NCBI GenBank assembly: GCA_043228905.1
Contig: JBHGNT010000014.1
Coordinates: 5,518,001-5,582,000 of the forward strand
DNA length: 64,000 bases
Direction: 5' to 3'
DNA from: Azolla caroliniana
Lineage: Eukaryota > Plantae > Polypodiophyta
Part shown: in pieces, positions 37,501 to 50,196 of the stretch
Numbering within the stretch: position 1 is the stretch's first letter
Layout: each line of letters starts with the position of its first letter
The notes under the pieces: model-generated
The model's database searches: none
What the model was told of the DNA's origin: nothing
The model's input: the letters and a program-made list of their open reading frames with translations, nothing else
Program-made: the position numbers and the translations under genes

Positions 37501-40500
37501 TCCCAAACAAAACAAATGTTAAAGTAGCACCTTCAATACGCACAACATTATGTGGTTAGTTAATGGGAATGCATTGTCCCTTAGGCAGTTCCTCTAATTT
37601 ATTTATATTTATTTTTGAATGTTCTTCTCCAAGAATAGACAACATTTCGGAGGTTTTCTGCTCAGCTTCATAGGCCAATTTTAGTGTCTTAAGAGATGTT
37701 AATATATCTATTTTCTATCTCGTATTAACACCAAGGAATACAGGACAGACATCTCTAGTGCCTCTCTGAGAAACTGATTGGTGTCCAGAAGAAACAAATG
37801 TTAAAGTAGCCATTTCAATACTAAATGTGAGAATCATGTTTTCATAACCAGCAATTGCACCAGTTCACTTGATCACCATGAGGTTTTGCATAGAGAGTAA
37901 GAACAAGTGGCTCTCTGCATGGGAAATCAACATGGAGAGTAAATACAAGAGGCTCTATGTATGTGATAGAAGGCACTAGATAACAGATCCGATCACCCCC
38001 AGAGGTCATTCTCAAGAACTGAGATTCTGTAATTCACTGAGGTATCTTTTATGGGTAATTTTTTTGTATTTGGGTGCAAGGGGAATGTATGCATCCTAAA
38101 AACCGTTATCATCAGCAATTGCCTTTCAAGGGACATTTCAGGGATGATTGGTTTCTTGTGGACAAGGAGGGATTTGAACCCCCAACACCGTGATTCGTAG
38201 CCACGTGCTCTAATCCCCTGAGCTACAGCTCCCCCCTCCAATGGATCCGTTTTGGGGACCACTTCTCTGAAATAGACTGGAATAGAACCAACCTTTTCTA
38301 TTTTTTACTGTGAGGGTTCAAGCCCCTCTTATCACTAATGAGACAGTAGTATCCTGCTTCTTGAGCATTTTTTCTTCGGAGCATCCCTCACAGAAACAGA
38401 ACAACTCAACCGATCGATTGATTGTACATCCCACCATCAAGTCCAAATATCAGAGCATGGAATATCATCAACAATGAACTAGAGAACTTCTGAAAGAGAT
38501 ATATATCCTGTTGTCAGAACTGAGCACAAGCATATGATAAATTCCATATTTAGATGTAAGCTCAAGTGTTCTACTTTCAAAATTGTTTGTAGCAAAAAGA
38601 TTTCAAGATTAGAATATAAAGAAACATATAATATTTAAGATACTCAAATATAAAGGCATCCATACCAACAAACAGTTTCCAGTAGGATACTGCAAAATCC
38701 AGTATATTTCATCTTTTCTTAAACAAAATATTCACCATCTAGTGTATGATGAATTCTCTTTGAAAATAGCGCACCTGTCCACTGTAGCAGCCGCCTGCTA
38801 TAAGTACTGGATTTTTGGGGTTGAAACAAAGACTGAAAATGTCAAATGGACTTTCCAATATTATCTGCACCAGTACAACAATATTTTATTCATTCACTTG
38901 TACTAAGTTTTCTTTCAACTGATGGTTCTCTAGTTCATCTAATTTTTTCATCTTGTTCTGAATGCTATGAGCATCATTACAGACAGGAATTGCCATCGCG
39001 GCATGACCCATCAAATAACCCTGTATAATGTTATATAAGCTATTAGATGCGATGTTTGCATAAGTAATGGGAAAATTCATTGCTGTATATATAATAAGGT
39101 CTGGTTACATTCTCTGAATATAACATTTCAAAGCCTTAATAAGTTCTTCAACTCTTTGTCTACGGAGCATTTGTGTAACATTTCAAAGCCTTAATAAGTC
39201 CTTCAAGACCTTGTGTATTGAATAACTTTGTTGGGGAGTCATCAAGTACTGAGAATTTTATAGCTGTAATTTGCAGACAATGTGATTAACAGTATCTATA
39301 TGTCCAAGAAACATTTCAAAAATGCATGTCTGAGTGAGCTGTCCACATGAGAAGTTACTTCTATCAGCAGTTATTGTGTAGATCTTGAATGCGTTAGGCT
39401 CATTAACTAAGATTTTACAAGGCCATATTTCCAATCAATTTTATTATAATTTTTTCATTTTGTCTAGTAGTGTATGGGTAGCATAGAGATCATTTTAAGA
39501 AGTTACCTGAGGATGTATTGGATCAGAGAAGCTCCAGATTAATACATAAGAATTGCTTGGTTTTCCTGATAATTGTAACCTCTCATCAACAGATTTTGGT
39601 TCAGCATAAGCTGCTGCCAGGACACCATTTTTTCCAGGCATCCAGTCTATACATGATATCATTTTTCCTTTACTGTAAAAGAGATCTGAGAAAGATTGAT
39701 ACTCCTAAAATATATTAGAATAAAATATTAGATCCAATTTTATGTGAGGAAATGATGCTTTGTGTTACATAATATTAAAACAGTTTTTCCTCCAATTGAA
39801 GTTGAGGGAAACCAAGCTGTGAAATTGTCACTCTACCATTATATTGGTAATTGATTTGTGACCTGGGTGATCTTCCTCCTCTGCCAGATTTGCAAAATCA
39901 TCCTCAAATACATCCATTACTTCATTTTGTTGCAATGCATACATATATCTGTTTTACAATCATCAGTCAGTATGATTTGACTCAAAAGCATGATATTAAA
40001 AATATATGACAATATCCATAATCTTCTTATTGAGAATCAAGCTCAAATCATGGGAACATCTGCTTATGAAGAAAAGCACAATGTGTGAAAAAGTGCGCGA
40101 GAACGCTTTATTGTAATCCGTACAGTTGTCAAGTGTGAATGTGGTCAAAGAAAATCCGATGTTCTTATGACAGAATTGTGCTCTAGTGGATATCTTGATT
40201 AAATTCCACCAATCACATTTAATGTGGCAATCCCTTGAGGACTTGTATATGAAACACCCTTCGTTGATGAGCTTTAGTAGATTAATATGGTTTACTGTGT
40301 AATATTTATTTTATTTTGATTTGTTCTCAAAGACAAGATAACACTTAAGATGTAATCTCTTATTTGGTTTTATAGGCCATTTTGGCCTCTTAAAAGACGT
40401 TAATATATCTTTCTTGTTGGAGGGTGGCAGCTCCAGCCCTGCACTCTCTTTCATATTTATTATCTTTGTACTACATTCTCTCTTTTCTCAGATTTTTGTC

Positions 40501-43500
40501 TCTCTAGAATCTGCAACTCTTTAAATGCCTTCTCTCTCTAGAATCTGCAATGCTTTAAATGCCTTTTCTCTCTTCTACCTTTTCCAAGATATTCCTAGTT
40601 TTTTGTACTTGTTTGGTAGTACAAGAGTCACTTAACTACCAAACAGCCATTTCACCCACATTCCCCAATTTTGTATAAATAGGCTATACCAGCCTCTTTT
40701 GTATAAGTTTTCATTTTCTTTTTTGCTACTTAAAACAAGCTCTATTCCTTGGCTGTGTCTCTACTCTTTGCAACCATTTTTTCTACTGCTGTCTAACAGC
40801 CTTCTCACAGCTTGGCTGTGCCTATTTTGTTTTAAGTCTTCCGCTGCTGCTATTAACAGCTTTTCTCACATGGTATCAGAGCAGTGAGGTCTCCATATCC
40901 TCAGCCTGATTTTTTTTTGCCAAAGAGCACACAGACCTATCTTCTTTTATCCCTCCCTCCCAACCCTACAGAGGAGGCTCTTCTGTTTTCTTTTCCCCTT
41001 ATCTGAGCCTCACCTAGCATCTAGGGAGAAGTAGAAAGACCCTGAGTATCTACTTACAACTGCTGTAAATTGTCCAGCTGTAGCTCAAGAGGAGGATATC
41101 CATGGCCTCACATGCCACCATTGTTTCATCAACCATTCCCCAACTCCCCAAAGAATCCATCTTGGATGGGAACAATTACTTGGATTGGGAGCTACAAATA
41201 AAGACCTTGCTACAATACCATCGTTTATGGAATGTAGTCAATGGTAGTGACAAGAAACCACCAGTAACTTCATCCTCTTCAACCAAATCAGTTGCTGGCT
41301 CATCTAACGCTGAGATTGAAGCTTGGCTAGATAAGGATTCTCGTGCTCATGCTTTCCTCATGTTTAATATTAAACCGAGCATTGCTCGTCAATTTCAAGA
41401 TAAAGATGACGAGACAGCCAATGAACTATGGACAGCCATCAAAAGGAGGTATCATCGAGCTAATCATGCTCAAATGATAGCTATTGAAAGCCAACTAGCA
41501 AATCTCAAGATTCATGACACTCCCAACATCATGGATCAAATAACGGAATTTGTCACTCTCCAAAAGGAACTAGTTTCTTTGGGAAGCAAGTCCACTGAAG
41601 TTGAGTTTGTGCATCGTCTAATGATAAAGTTGCCTGAGTCATTCTCAGCCTTTTGTGACACCATTTCTCTTCTTCCCAACACACCTGACATGAATACATT
41701 TCTTGGTATGCTACAAGATAGGGCAACAAGGAAGAAAAGTGCTCAAACTTCCAATGAGACGCTTCTACATGCGACAAGTAAAGGCAAGTGGAAGCAAAAT
41801 GGTAACTCCTACAACAAACCCAATCCAATACCGCCAAACAACCCAGCTTACAAGGAGCTCACTTGTCATTATTGTGGCTACAAAGGTCACATTCAGCCAG
41901 ATTGTCGGAAAAAGAAAAGGGACAATGCTAAGAACTCTTCTTCTACCAGAAATCAACCTACACCGAAATCCAACTCGGCCCACTCAGCCAAAGAAACAGT
42001 TTTCCTTGGCATTGAGGAACATACTTCACATTTGGCTGGACCAACTACTTCAACCATCGATGAGTGGTTAGTAGATAGTGGTGCCACTTCACACATGACC
42101 TATGACAAATCCATTTTGCATGATGTGAAGCCTAGCTCTTCCCAAATCTCTATAGGAGATGCCTCAAGCATTGAGGCTTCATGTGTGGGTAATGTGGTTC
42201 TTGACAATTCTTCAAGTGAAGAACCTGTCGTTCTTCAAGATGTGCTACATGTGCCTCGCATCTCTACCAACCTACTTTCGGTTTACAAAATCACCATGCA
42301 AGGTTATGGAGTCTACTTTGATAGCTCAGTTTTGGAAGTGATTGACACCAACAGCCTACAAATTGTAGCTAGTGGCACACAAGAAGGGGGTTTATATCGC
42401 CTAAAAAGCTCCCATAGCCCCTTGGAAAACTCCAAATCTCATCTTCTTCATCTTCTTCAAGGCTCTCATGCCTTGGTGGCACAAGAAGATCCCACGTTGT
42501 GGCATGCTAGGTTTGGTCATCTCAACTATGATTCTCTTCAAAAGCTCTCCTCCTCCCAACTAGTTGAGGGTCTTCCTATTTTCAAATCTCCCAATACCCC
42601 ATGTATTGCTTGTCTTCATGGCAAGCAACATCGAGAGCCTTTCCCTCATGAAGCCACTCACCGAGCAACATCTATCTTGGAGTTAGTGCACATGGATCTT
42701 TGTGGTTCCATGAAAACCACTACTCTTGGTGGTGCACGCTACTTCATGCTTATAATTGATGACTTCTCCCGCAAGGTTTGGGTTTATTTTCTTGTAGAAA
42801 AATCCCAAGCCTTCGCAAAATTTCAAGAATGGGTAGCTCTCGTGGAGAACGAGACATCGAAGAAAGTTCGAAAGATCAGGTCAGACAATGGTGGAGAGTT
42901 TATCTCCAAAGCTTTCGACCATTTCTGCTCTCAACGAGGCATTGCTCGCCAATTTTCTACACCCAATACTCCTCAACAAAATGGAGTCGTGGAAAGGAAG
43001 AACCGGACAGTCCAAGAGATGGCTCGTACGATGCTATCTCAATCTGATCTTCCTCTCTCGTTTTGGGGTGAAGCTGTCAACACAGCAGTCTACATCATCA
43101 ACTGCTGCCCAACAAAAGCAGTTGCTAGAATGACGCCTGAAGAAGCATTTACAGGTGTAAAGCCCTCAGTATCTCATTTTAAAGTCTTTGGTTGTGATGC
43201 TTATGTTCACATTTCAGATCATAAAAGGACGAAATTTGAGTCCAAAACCAAGAAATGCAAATTTCTTGGTTACAGCACACAATCTAAAGCATACAGGTTA
43301 TGGGATTTAGAGTCAAAGTCCCTAGTCATATCTAGGGATGTTCATTTTGTGGAGTCTCAGCCGGATGACTCTAGGATTTTACCTGAGTTCATGGTTGAAA
43401 TCCAAGCTCCTCCGGAATCTCCTATTTTAGACGAAGATGTCTCATCTTCAAGCCTCCCATCTCCTCCTACTCAATCTCTAACTTCGCCAACAATTCAAAC

Positions 43501-46500
43501 CTCTCCCTCAACTCCACTTGTTTCCACTCCCTCTACAAACCAGCTTCCACCACTTCCCAAGTGGCTTCAAGCCACCATTCGTGATTCTCATCTCTCCGAT
43601 GCTGAACTTCATGAGTATACATCTGGTTCTCGAACACGTAAGTCACAACGGCCTCTTCACTCATGCAACTTTGCCTTATTGTGCACTGTTGTGCAATCAA
43701 AAGAACCCACAACAGCAAAAGAGGCCCTTGTTCTTCCAAAGTGGAAAGCAGCAATGGAAGTTGAACTTGATTCCATTGAGCGGAATCATACATGGGAGCT
43801 GGTCCCACGGCCTCCACATCGACAAGTCATTGGATTGAAATGGATTTTCAAGACCAAATACCATGCTGATGGTACTTTGGATAAGCACAAGGCACGTTTA
43901 GTGGCAAAAGGCTACTCACAAGTTGAAGGAGTGGATTATGAGGAAACTTTTGCTCCAACAGCAAGGTACACATCTATTCGATGTGCGCTTGCACTTCCTG
44001 CTCACAACAAATGGGCCATTTTTCAAATGGATGTCAAGTCAGCCTTCCTTAACGGTGACTTGAAAGAGGAGGTTTATGTTGAACAGCCTCCAGGTTTCGA
44101 GATTTTAGAGCAGAAAAACATGGTCTACAAGTTACACAAAGCCTTGTATGGCTTAAAGCAAGCTCCCAAAGCTTGGCATGACAAAATTGATAGCTTCTTT
44201 CTTTCTCTTGGGTTTCAAAACTGTAATGCTGACAGCAATCTCTATGTTTTTTCCCAAGATAATTTGCTTTGCTTGATCATATTATATGTTGACGACCTTC
44301 TAATTACAGGGTCCCTTGCATCTAAAATCGAGGAGGTCCGCGCTGACCTCAAAACAACCTTTGAAATGACTGATCTAGGACTTCTCCATTATTTCATAGG
44401 TATGGAGGTCTATCAATCACATGGTGGTATCTTTCTCAGCCAACATAGGTATCTCAGGCAGCTCCTTGAGACCTATAGCATGACAAATTGCAAGCCACTC
44501 TCCTGTCCAATGGATCCAAACTCAAAGCTATCTCGTGAAGACGATTCTCCCATATTTGAGGATATCACGAAATATAGGAGATTAATCGGGTCCCTTCTTC
44601 ACTTAACTTATACCAGGCCTGATTTGTCCTATAGCGTGAGTATTCTCAGCCAATTCTCAACTGCTCCAAGACAAAGTCATTGGCAAGCAGCTATTCGAGT
44701 TCTTCGGTATTTGGCCAACACACTCGACTATGGTCTATCTTTTAGAGGCGGCATTGAGCTTGTTGGCTACTCAGATGCTGATTGGGCAGGTGATATTGAT
44801 TCTAGAAGGTCCACATCTGGCTATTGTTTTATGTTAGGTTCAGGCTTGATTTCTTGGAAATCGAAGAAGCAAAACTCAGTTTCTACTTCATCGACGGAAG
44901 CTGAATATCGCGCCTACTTGGATACTTGCTGTGAGTTGCTATGGTTGATGCAATTGTTTTCTCACATTGGTGTTTTGCAAACCTCTCCTATTGCAGTTTT
45001 CACCGACAGCCAAAGTGCACGTGCCTTGGCACATAGCTCAGCATTTCATGGTAGAACAAAACACATCGAAGTGCACTACCATTTTGTTCGTGACTTAGTG
45101 AAATCACAAGTCATCAACTTGGCATATTGCCCTACTCAAGAAAATGTGGCTGATTTATTTACTAAGCCACTTCCAAGGCAAGCCATTGATCAGCTCCTTG
45201 ATCGACTCAATGTTGGATTGCCGTTCTGGAGCTGAGAGGAGGTGTTGGAGGGTGGCAGCTCCAGCCCTGCACTCTCTTTCATATTTATTATCTTTGTACT
45301 ACATTCTCTCTTTTCTCAGATTCTTGTCTCTCTAGAATCTGCAACTCTTTAAATGCCTTCTCTCTCTAGAATCTGCAATGCTTTAAATGCCTTTCTCTCT
45401 TCTACCTTTTCCAAGATATTCCTAGTTTTTTGTACTTGTTTGGTAGTACAAGAGTCACTTAACTACCAAACAGCCATTTCACCCACATTCCCCAATTTTG
45501 TATAAATAGGCTATACCAGCCTCTTTTGTATAAGTTTTCATTTTCTTTTTTGCTACTTAAAACAAGCTCTATTCCTTGGCTGTGTCTCTACTCTTTGCAA
45601 CCATTTTTTCTACTGCTGTCTAACAGCCTTCTCACAGCTTGGCTGTGCCTATTTTGTTTTAAGTCTTCCGCTGCTGCTATTAACAGCTTTTCTCACATTT
45701 CTTTCTTCTGTTTTTGTGTTATTTACTTTTATATTTACTGAGTAATATTTATTTTATTTTGATTTGTCGTTCTCAAAGACGAGAAAACACTTATGATGTA
45801 ATCTCTTGTTTGGTCTCTTGTTTGGTCTCAGAGGCCATTTTGGCCTCTGAAAAGACGTGAGTATATCTTTCTTTCTTTCTTCAGTGCATAAGCTGCCATC
45901 CCCCTACTGTGTGTATTTTATTTTTTCTTGTTTGAAGACAAAAGGTAAAATATATCTAATTTGAGAATCTCACAATCATAACAATCTAGCAGTACATGTG
46001 CTTGGCTCACAGATTATTCTTGGATTTTATAGAGTATGGAGGTTCTATATGAGCAGAACCTTGAGTGGAACCTGTAAAATAGTACCTAGCAGATCTCATT
46101 AACACCAAGGATACAGGAACTCATTCTTGCCTTCATGTACAACAAGATAAACATAAAATCACCTACATCTCTACATACGAATCTATAATTATAGGACACA
46201 CTCAAAACTCTTTCCATCATGTTATATGCAAGAGTGGGTGATACATTTTTACATTCACTAAAAGTATTTTTTTCTCAAAAAGTTTACACTATTGTTTATA
46301 AAATTTATTAAAAATACTTTTGAAAGAAATTCATTTACCTAGAGCTTATTGATCCTAAAAAAGAGCATAAATTTTCGCTTGTTAGAACTTCCTTTACTAC
46401 TTCATCTTGAAAATCTTGGGGTTGATACTGTATCACATTGTTGCGAGCAATCTCCCTAAAATATGGTGAACAAAAGATATTTTCAGAAGCATTTTACAAA

Positions 46501-49500
46501 GCATTATAAGAAAGACTTTTCTCTTTAAACTAATTCATTCATAATACTCAGATTGGTTAACATAGGTAAAGGGCAGGACTTGATTGTTGGATGATCCATA
46601 CAGGATGCACATGTTTCTGTAATCAGAGCATCAATAGCCTTAAAATATGCTTCTCTAAGACACAGCTGCATCAAACTCAAATTGATATGTAAAGTAAGAG
46701 ATATCCAGCCTATCCCATACAATATCTCTAAAAGCTAGAGCCTATTGGAATGTCTAGTGTCAAAAAAATGGGCATAAATATGAGTCGCGATTCTAACCGC
46801 CTTTTGGAAATCAGGAATGGGGCAATTTTCCCTTCTACGGCTAATAGAATGATACAGAGTAGAGATAATAGATCCTTAATCCCGAATTTCCCTCTGAAGC
46901 CTCCTCATAGAATGATGAGGAATAGAGATATAAATCAAGTCCCTGGTCACAATATTGTCTCAGTGAATGAAAATTTCGGCAACCTGAGTAATACTTATTT
47001 TACTTTGATTTGTTGTTCTCAAAGACGAGACAACACTTAAGATGTAATCTCTTGTTTGGTCTTATAGGCCATTTTGGCCTCTTAAAAGTCGTTAATATAT
47101 CTTTCTTTCTTTCTAGCTGCATTAATCTAGTATCTACTAGGCAAGCTCTCCACATATCTCACCCTTTCTGATTCCTGTTGATGATGGAGGCTATCATTGA
47201 GAGGATCAAAATTCTTGAAATGCCTATGAATAATGGACGGAATTGTTATTCATGAAGTTCTGGTTGTGACTTCCAAAGTCACCTCTAAGAGGGTACTTCA
47301 CAGAAAATGGGCCTCATTTGATGTACCTACTGCCTCTCATGTGCCCAGAAGCACTGTATTATAGGACAGAATTTGATCAACTTCCACAACATTAAGGACA
47401 TGGGAATCACCTCATCACACTTAATGTGCAACTAGTCAGAGATCTATATGTCTCACATGGCGATCATTAATAATTCACGAAATCCTGTAATAGAATTGCA
47501 TACTAGAAATTGCAAACCCTGAGTTAATCCAACCATCATCAAAAAGAAAAACACAATTGCCCACTAAGTTAGTTTTCATGTGCCCATTGCATGCAGTTCT
47601 TGTAAAGAATTACTACTTTTAAGAGTAATATTTGAAGTCTCTCTTGGTCAGTTGTGCCATTGCATGTAAGAGATATTATATGTACTACTTTATTAGTGAT
47701 ATCAAAACGCTAATGTGCCAGCTCCCTCAAAACAAATTGACAACATTAAAAGATGTTTCCTTTTCTCAAAAAAGTAATTGACAAATGAAGATCACTCTTG
47801 GCTGGCTGATCCAAAGGAAGCTGTCTACTTAATGTTTATGTAAGCAATTGAATGCCCACAACCTGATCACATAAGAAAGATCTTTCACGAGTATGTAGGA
47901 GGGAGAATTTCATATAAAATCTGAATGTTGTCCTCGCTTCAATAGCATCATAATATTGGATCAGCCTTTGAACAGTTTTTATTTTAAATTTTGAAAAGCA
48001 GAGCTCATACTAACTGTATGAAGTCTATCAGAATAACGAGTAGTATGAACTTTATTAGTTTTGTTAGCATATTCATTAATTGTTCTCAAGTTTTTATTAC
48101 ACTATTTTCTCACAGACAGCCTTCATAAATTTTCTTTTATAACTAATAAATATCGCTTCAATTGGTATTTTACTGTTTAAGTGTATGTTTAATCCTAAAA
48201 ACTAGCTTTTTATTGTAAGTAAATATATGATTGAGTGCTAACTGGATTGTCTGAGCAGCTACATCCTTCAGACTAGGTACAGATTGTATCCCTATTTCCT
48301 GTTCTGCAAGGGCTTTATCATATGATTGATCCTTGAATGGTCGGCACTCCATGGTCCCACTGCTGAAAGTTTCCTGGCCATAGCTTAAAATTGTGTAAAT
48401 ATATACTTTTCTTGCACCAAAAAACAGAATGGAATGCATGAGCTCAGCTGCTTTTTTATATAATTTTCTTATTGAGTGCATAATCACGAAACATCAGTTC
48501 TGCTTGAGGATCAATTTAGCCACAAGTGATGAAAATCGGTATCTTTAACGGTCAATTAGCACTGAGATCTGAGGGGCTCAGTTCAGTATAGATATAGGGT
48601 ACAGTTTAATGCTTACAAGTAATCCTATGCACAATTATAGAGCAAGGTAAATGGTTATTCTATACATCAAAAATCTATCTTTGACTTTGATCGGGGTCTT
48701 TATTTCTTTGCAAAGTTATCAATAAGTTCTAAAAAGCAAAAGCTCATAGTAAAGTCTGGCTTCATATCCTATTGGTAAGAGTTCAGCCACGAGATGCTCA
48801 TGCATATAATATTTTTTGTTAATGTGCTGTTTCTAAGAATTTACTACTTTAACCCCATGGGCAACCAGTTTAGCTCTGTAGTCCAAGGAACACCACCCAC
48901 AAGAATCAAGCTCTACAGTCTCATGAGAGCTTTAAACCCCTCCCTTAGTTTCTCGTAGGTTTTCAGATTTCTAGTTCAAACCTAACAGTTCTTGACTATC
49001 TGAGACATACTCTTAGCTTGCCTCTACCTCTGATTTTTCTGCATGATAGATATGTGGCAAGATGAAGAAACCGTTGAAGACAGCTAGCTATAATGCGATT
49101 CTTAAGAGTCAGAGTGTGAGGAAAACAGTTCTTCCACAGACTTGAATAAATTGGTGTCGGTGTTCTATAGGAGCCCACACACAAATGCCTCCCACCAGCT
49201 ACGAAGTGTGTCAATCTACTCTATGCACATGACTGTAGAGACATTGAATGCAGCAACATGCTCATCACCAAAAAATTGTGTGCAACTCTGTGCACACAAC
49301 TGAAGAAAATATGCCTGTACTCCATGTATCTCTTCCCCAATACAAGGTCACCTATCTACAGAGTCTGAAATCACCCATGGAGTAACCACGAAAACTTTGT
49401 CAAATTTGATCGCCTCAAAATGAATGAGGACCAAAATTACTTGCAAACTGATAGAAAAGCATATCCTCTTCTTTTTAGTGCCCAATATTTCTCTTCTAGA

Positions 49501-50196
49501 ATTCACTTCATGAATATCTCCTTGCAAATATGACACAATAAGAGAGACCCCATTTATATGCTTCTCAGATGGTAGATATAAACTTCACATGAGACATAAT
49601 ATCACATTGTTGCATTATATACAACAGTTCAAATAAAAAAGATCTGCCAATCGGTATTATAGGAAACAACAGATGGGACTCTACATCTCATAAGAAGCAG
49701 TTCAACATGTGAATTTAATTGAAATAAAGCAATACCATAGCATCTCTGTCACTGAAATTACAGATAGAGCCAAATTCTCGCCAGTTCTTTGATGCTTTTA
49801 CAATTATCTGCAGTTACAAGCATAATAGTGTCCAGAAAAAATGAATGTTAGGCATAATAGTGCCACATTTATTGCTAGTCACAAGATTTTTGATACCAAA
49901 ATGATCTTTTTTTCAAGCATTTGTGCTATTTAAGAAAGTGAAACTTAAGCATGGGCAGGGTATCCAATAGCAATGATGGAAACCATTTTTCATTACATTA
50001 CTATGTGAGCTTGGATATCCCAAGGAACAACTTGGTAACCCTCCAGATTTCCCCCTCCCATGATCATGCAGGCACTTTCCTCTCATAGAATCATACATTT
50101 AAACCATTTTATAAACCAACATTACCCATCGTTTGTATTTGCCTCTCTCATGATGTATAATATCAATCGTGCCAGTCAAGAAAGAGTACAAATCAG
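28395..50196 (-). CDS. WDR63: WD40-repeat axonemal dynein intermediate chain (WDR63/DNAI3, IC140-like), multi-exon; N-terminal exons uncertain
   Basis: GT-AG exons in compatible phases: 50126-50196 (tentative), 49736-49807, 48243-48373, 46339-46455, 39837-39948, 39507-39704, 38775-38864, 32282-32479, 31500-31574, 31217-31423, 30951-31124, 30461-30659, 29942-30030, 29729-29848, 28395-28511. Peptides [49 protein letters not shown]...[36 protein letters not shown] match WDR63 as recalled. Confidence 0.88.
29729..29848 (-). CDS. WDR63: WDR63 exon
   Basis: [12 protein letters not shown]...; AG/GT borders. Confidence 0.8.
29942..30030 (-). CDS. WDR63: WDR63 exon
   Basis: [24 protein letters not shown]; AG/GT borders. 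Confidence 0.85.
30040..30342. repeat. Intronic tandem repeat, ~119-bp unit, ~2.5 copies
   Basis: TCTCCA..AGTAAAATCTTTAAAAATGGCA at ~30041, 30160 and 30280. Confidence 0.85.
30461..30659 (-). CDS. WDR63: WDR63 exon
   Basis: KPLF...[25 protein letters not shown]; AG/GT borders. Confidence 0.88.
30951..31124 (-). CDS. WDR63: WDR63 exon
   Basis: [30 protein letters not shown]. Confidence 0.88.
31217..31423 (-). CDS. WDR63: WDR63 exon
   Basis: IIFWD...WKPIF; AG/GT borders. Confidence 0.8.
31500..31574 (-). CDS. WDR63: WDR63 exon
   Basis: LVSVAADGK; AG/GT borders. Confidence 0.8.
32282..32479 (-). CDS. WDR63: WDR63 exon
   Basis: VILWDIS...[13 protein letters not shown]. Confidence 0.88.
33554..34171. 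mobile_element. hAT-type MITE
   Basis: TIRs CATAGATTGACA...TGTCAATCTATG; 8-bp TSD GTACCGAG at 33546-33553 and 34172-34179. Confidence 0.9.
34466..35279. mobile_element. hAT-type MITE, second family
   Basis: TIRs CAAGGTTGTT...AACAACCATG; 8-bp TSD ATCAACGG at 34458-34465 and 35280-35287. Confidence 0.88.
37105..37820 (+). repeat. Three copies of the ~115-bp dispersed repeat (SINE/LINE-tail-like), two within a ~280-bp duplication
   Basis: GTTCTC..AGA..AGACAACA..T.AGATGTAATCT...ATAGGCCATTTTGGCCTCTT...GTTAATATATCTTTC. Confidence 0.7.
38159..38232 (-). tRNA. trnR-ACG: Degenerate plastid-type tRNA-Arg(ACG), probable NUPT pseudogene
   Basis: Minus strand GGAGCTGTAGCTCAGGGGATTAGAGCACGTGGCTACGAATCACGGTGTTGGGGGTTCAAATCCCTCCTTGTCCA is close to plastid trnR-ACG; mismatched acceptor stem and T-loop GTTCAA. 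Confidence 0.8.
38775..38864 (-). CDS. WDR63: WDR63 exon
   Basis: [30 protein letters not shown]. Confidence 0.88.
39507..39704 (-). CDS. WDR63: WDR63 exon
   Basis: EYQSFSDL...[12 protein letters not shown]. Confidence 0.9.
39837..39948 (-). CDS. WDR63: WDR63 exon
   Basis: [22 protein letters not shown]. Confidence 0.85.
40415..45697 (+). mobile_element. Intact, very young Ty1/Copia element in a WDR63 intron
   Basis: LTRs 40415-40870 and 45243-45697, differing by about one substitution and one 1-bp indel; TSD TTTCT; Met PBS 40871-40882; PPT ~45234-45242; single uninterrupted ORF. Confidence 0.97.
41102..45235 (+). CDS. gag-pol: Copia Gag-Pol polyprotein, 1377 aa
   Basis: [14 protein letters not shown] knuckle; [11 protein letters not shown] protease; HHCC and DDE integrase; RT YVDD; RNase H DADWAG...E...D...ADLFTK. 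Confidence 0.96.
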   Translation: MASHATIVSSTIPQLPKESILDGNNYLDWELQIKTLLQYHRLWNVVNGSDKKPPVTSSSSTKSVAGSSNAEIEAWLDKDSRAHAFLMFNIKPSIARQFQDKDDETANELWTAIKRRYHRANHAQMIAIESQLANLKIHDTPNIMDQITEFVTLQKELVSLGSKSTEVEFVHRLMIKLPESFSAFCDTISLLPNTPDMNTFLGMLQDRATRKKSAQTSNETLLHATSKGKWKQNGNSYNKPNPIPPNNPAYKELTCHYCGYKGHIQPDCRKKKRDNAKNSSSTRNQPTPKSNSAHSAKETVFLGIEEHTSHLAGPTTSTIDEWLVDSGATSHMTYDKSILHDVKPSSSQISIGDASSIEASCVGNVVLDNSSSEEPVVLQDVLHVPRISTNLLSVYKITMQGYGVYFDSSVLEVIDTNSLQIVASGTQEGGLYRLKSSHSPLENSKSHLLHLLQGSHALVAQEDPTLWHARFGHLNYDSLQKLSSSQLVEGLPIFKSPNTPCIACLHGKQHREPFPHEATHRATSILELVHMDLCGSMKTTTLGGARYFMLIIDDFSRKVWVYFLVEKSQAFAKFQEWVALVENETSKKVRKIRSDNGGEFISKAFDHFCSQRGIARQFSTPNTPQQNGVVERKNRTVQEMARTMLSQSDLPLSFWGEAVNTAVYIINCCPTKAVARMTPEEAFTGVKPSVSHFKVFGCDAYVHISDHKRTKFESKTKKCKFLGYSTQSKAYRLWDLESKSLVISRDVHFVESQPDDSRILPEFMVEIQAPPESPILDEDVSSSSLPSPPTQSLTSPTIQTSPSTPLVSTPSTNQLPPLPKWLQATIRDSHLSDAELHEYTSGSRTRKSQRPLHSCNFALLCTVVQSKEPTTAKEALVLPKWKAAMEVELDSIERNHTWELVPRPPHRQVIGLKWIFKTKYHADGTLDKHKARLVAKGYSQVEGVDYEETFAPTARYTSIRCALALPAHNKWAIFQMDVKSAFLNGDLKEEVYVEQPPGFEILEQKNMVYKLHKALYGLKQAPKAWHDKIDSFFLSLGFQNCNADSNLYVFSQDNLLCLIILYVDDLLITGSLASKIEEVRADLKTTFEMTDLGLLHYFIGMEVYQSHGGIFLSQHRYLRQLLETYSMTNCKPLSCPMDPNSKLSREDDSPIFEDITKYRRLIGSLLHLTYTRPDLSYSVSILSQFSTAPRQSHWQAAIRVLRYLANTLDYGLSFRGGIELVGYSDADWAGDIDSRRSTSGYCFMLGSGLISWKSKKQNSVSTSSTEAEYRAYLDTCCELLWLMQLFSHIGVLQTSPIAVFTDSQSARALAHSSAFHGRTKHIEVHYHFVRDLVKSQVINLAYCPTQENVADLFTKPLPRQAIDQLLDRLNVGLPFWS
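46339..46455 (-). CDS. WDR63: WDR63 exon
   Basis: [11 protein letters not shown]...LCSFL; AG/GT borders. Confidence 0.82.
48243..48373 (-). CDS. WDR63: WDR63 exon
   Basis: MECRPFKD...EIGIQSVP...AQT. Confidence 0.82.
49736..49807 (-). CDS. WDR63: WDR63 exon
   Basis: [24 protein letters not shown]; AG/GT borders. Confidence 0.75.

Noticed and set aside
38159-38232. Functional nuclear tRNA gene
   Set aside because: Plastid-type sequence with acceptor-stem mismatches and an altered T-loop.
48500-48570. Extra WDR63 exon (ISVLIDR*RYRF)
   Set aside because: In-frame stop; exon 49736-49807 supplies the expected motif.
49348-49536. WDR63 exon from the ORF track
   Set aside because: No family motif; flanking exons join in phase without it.
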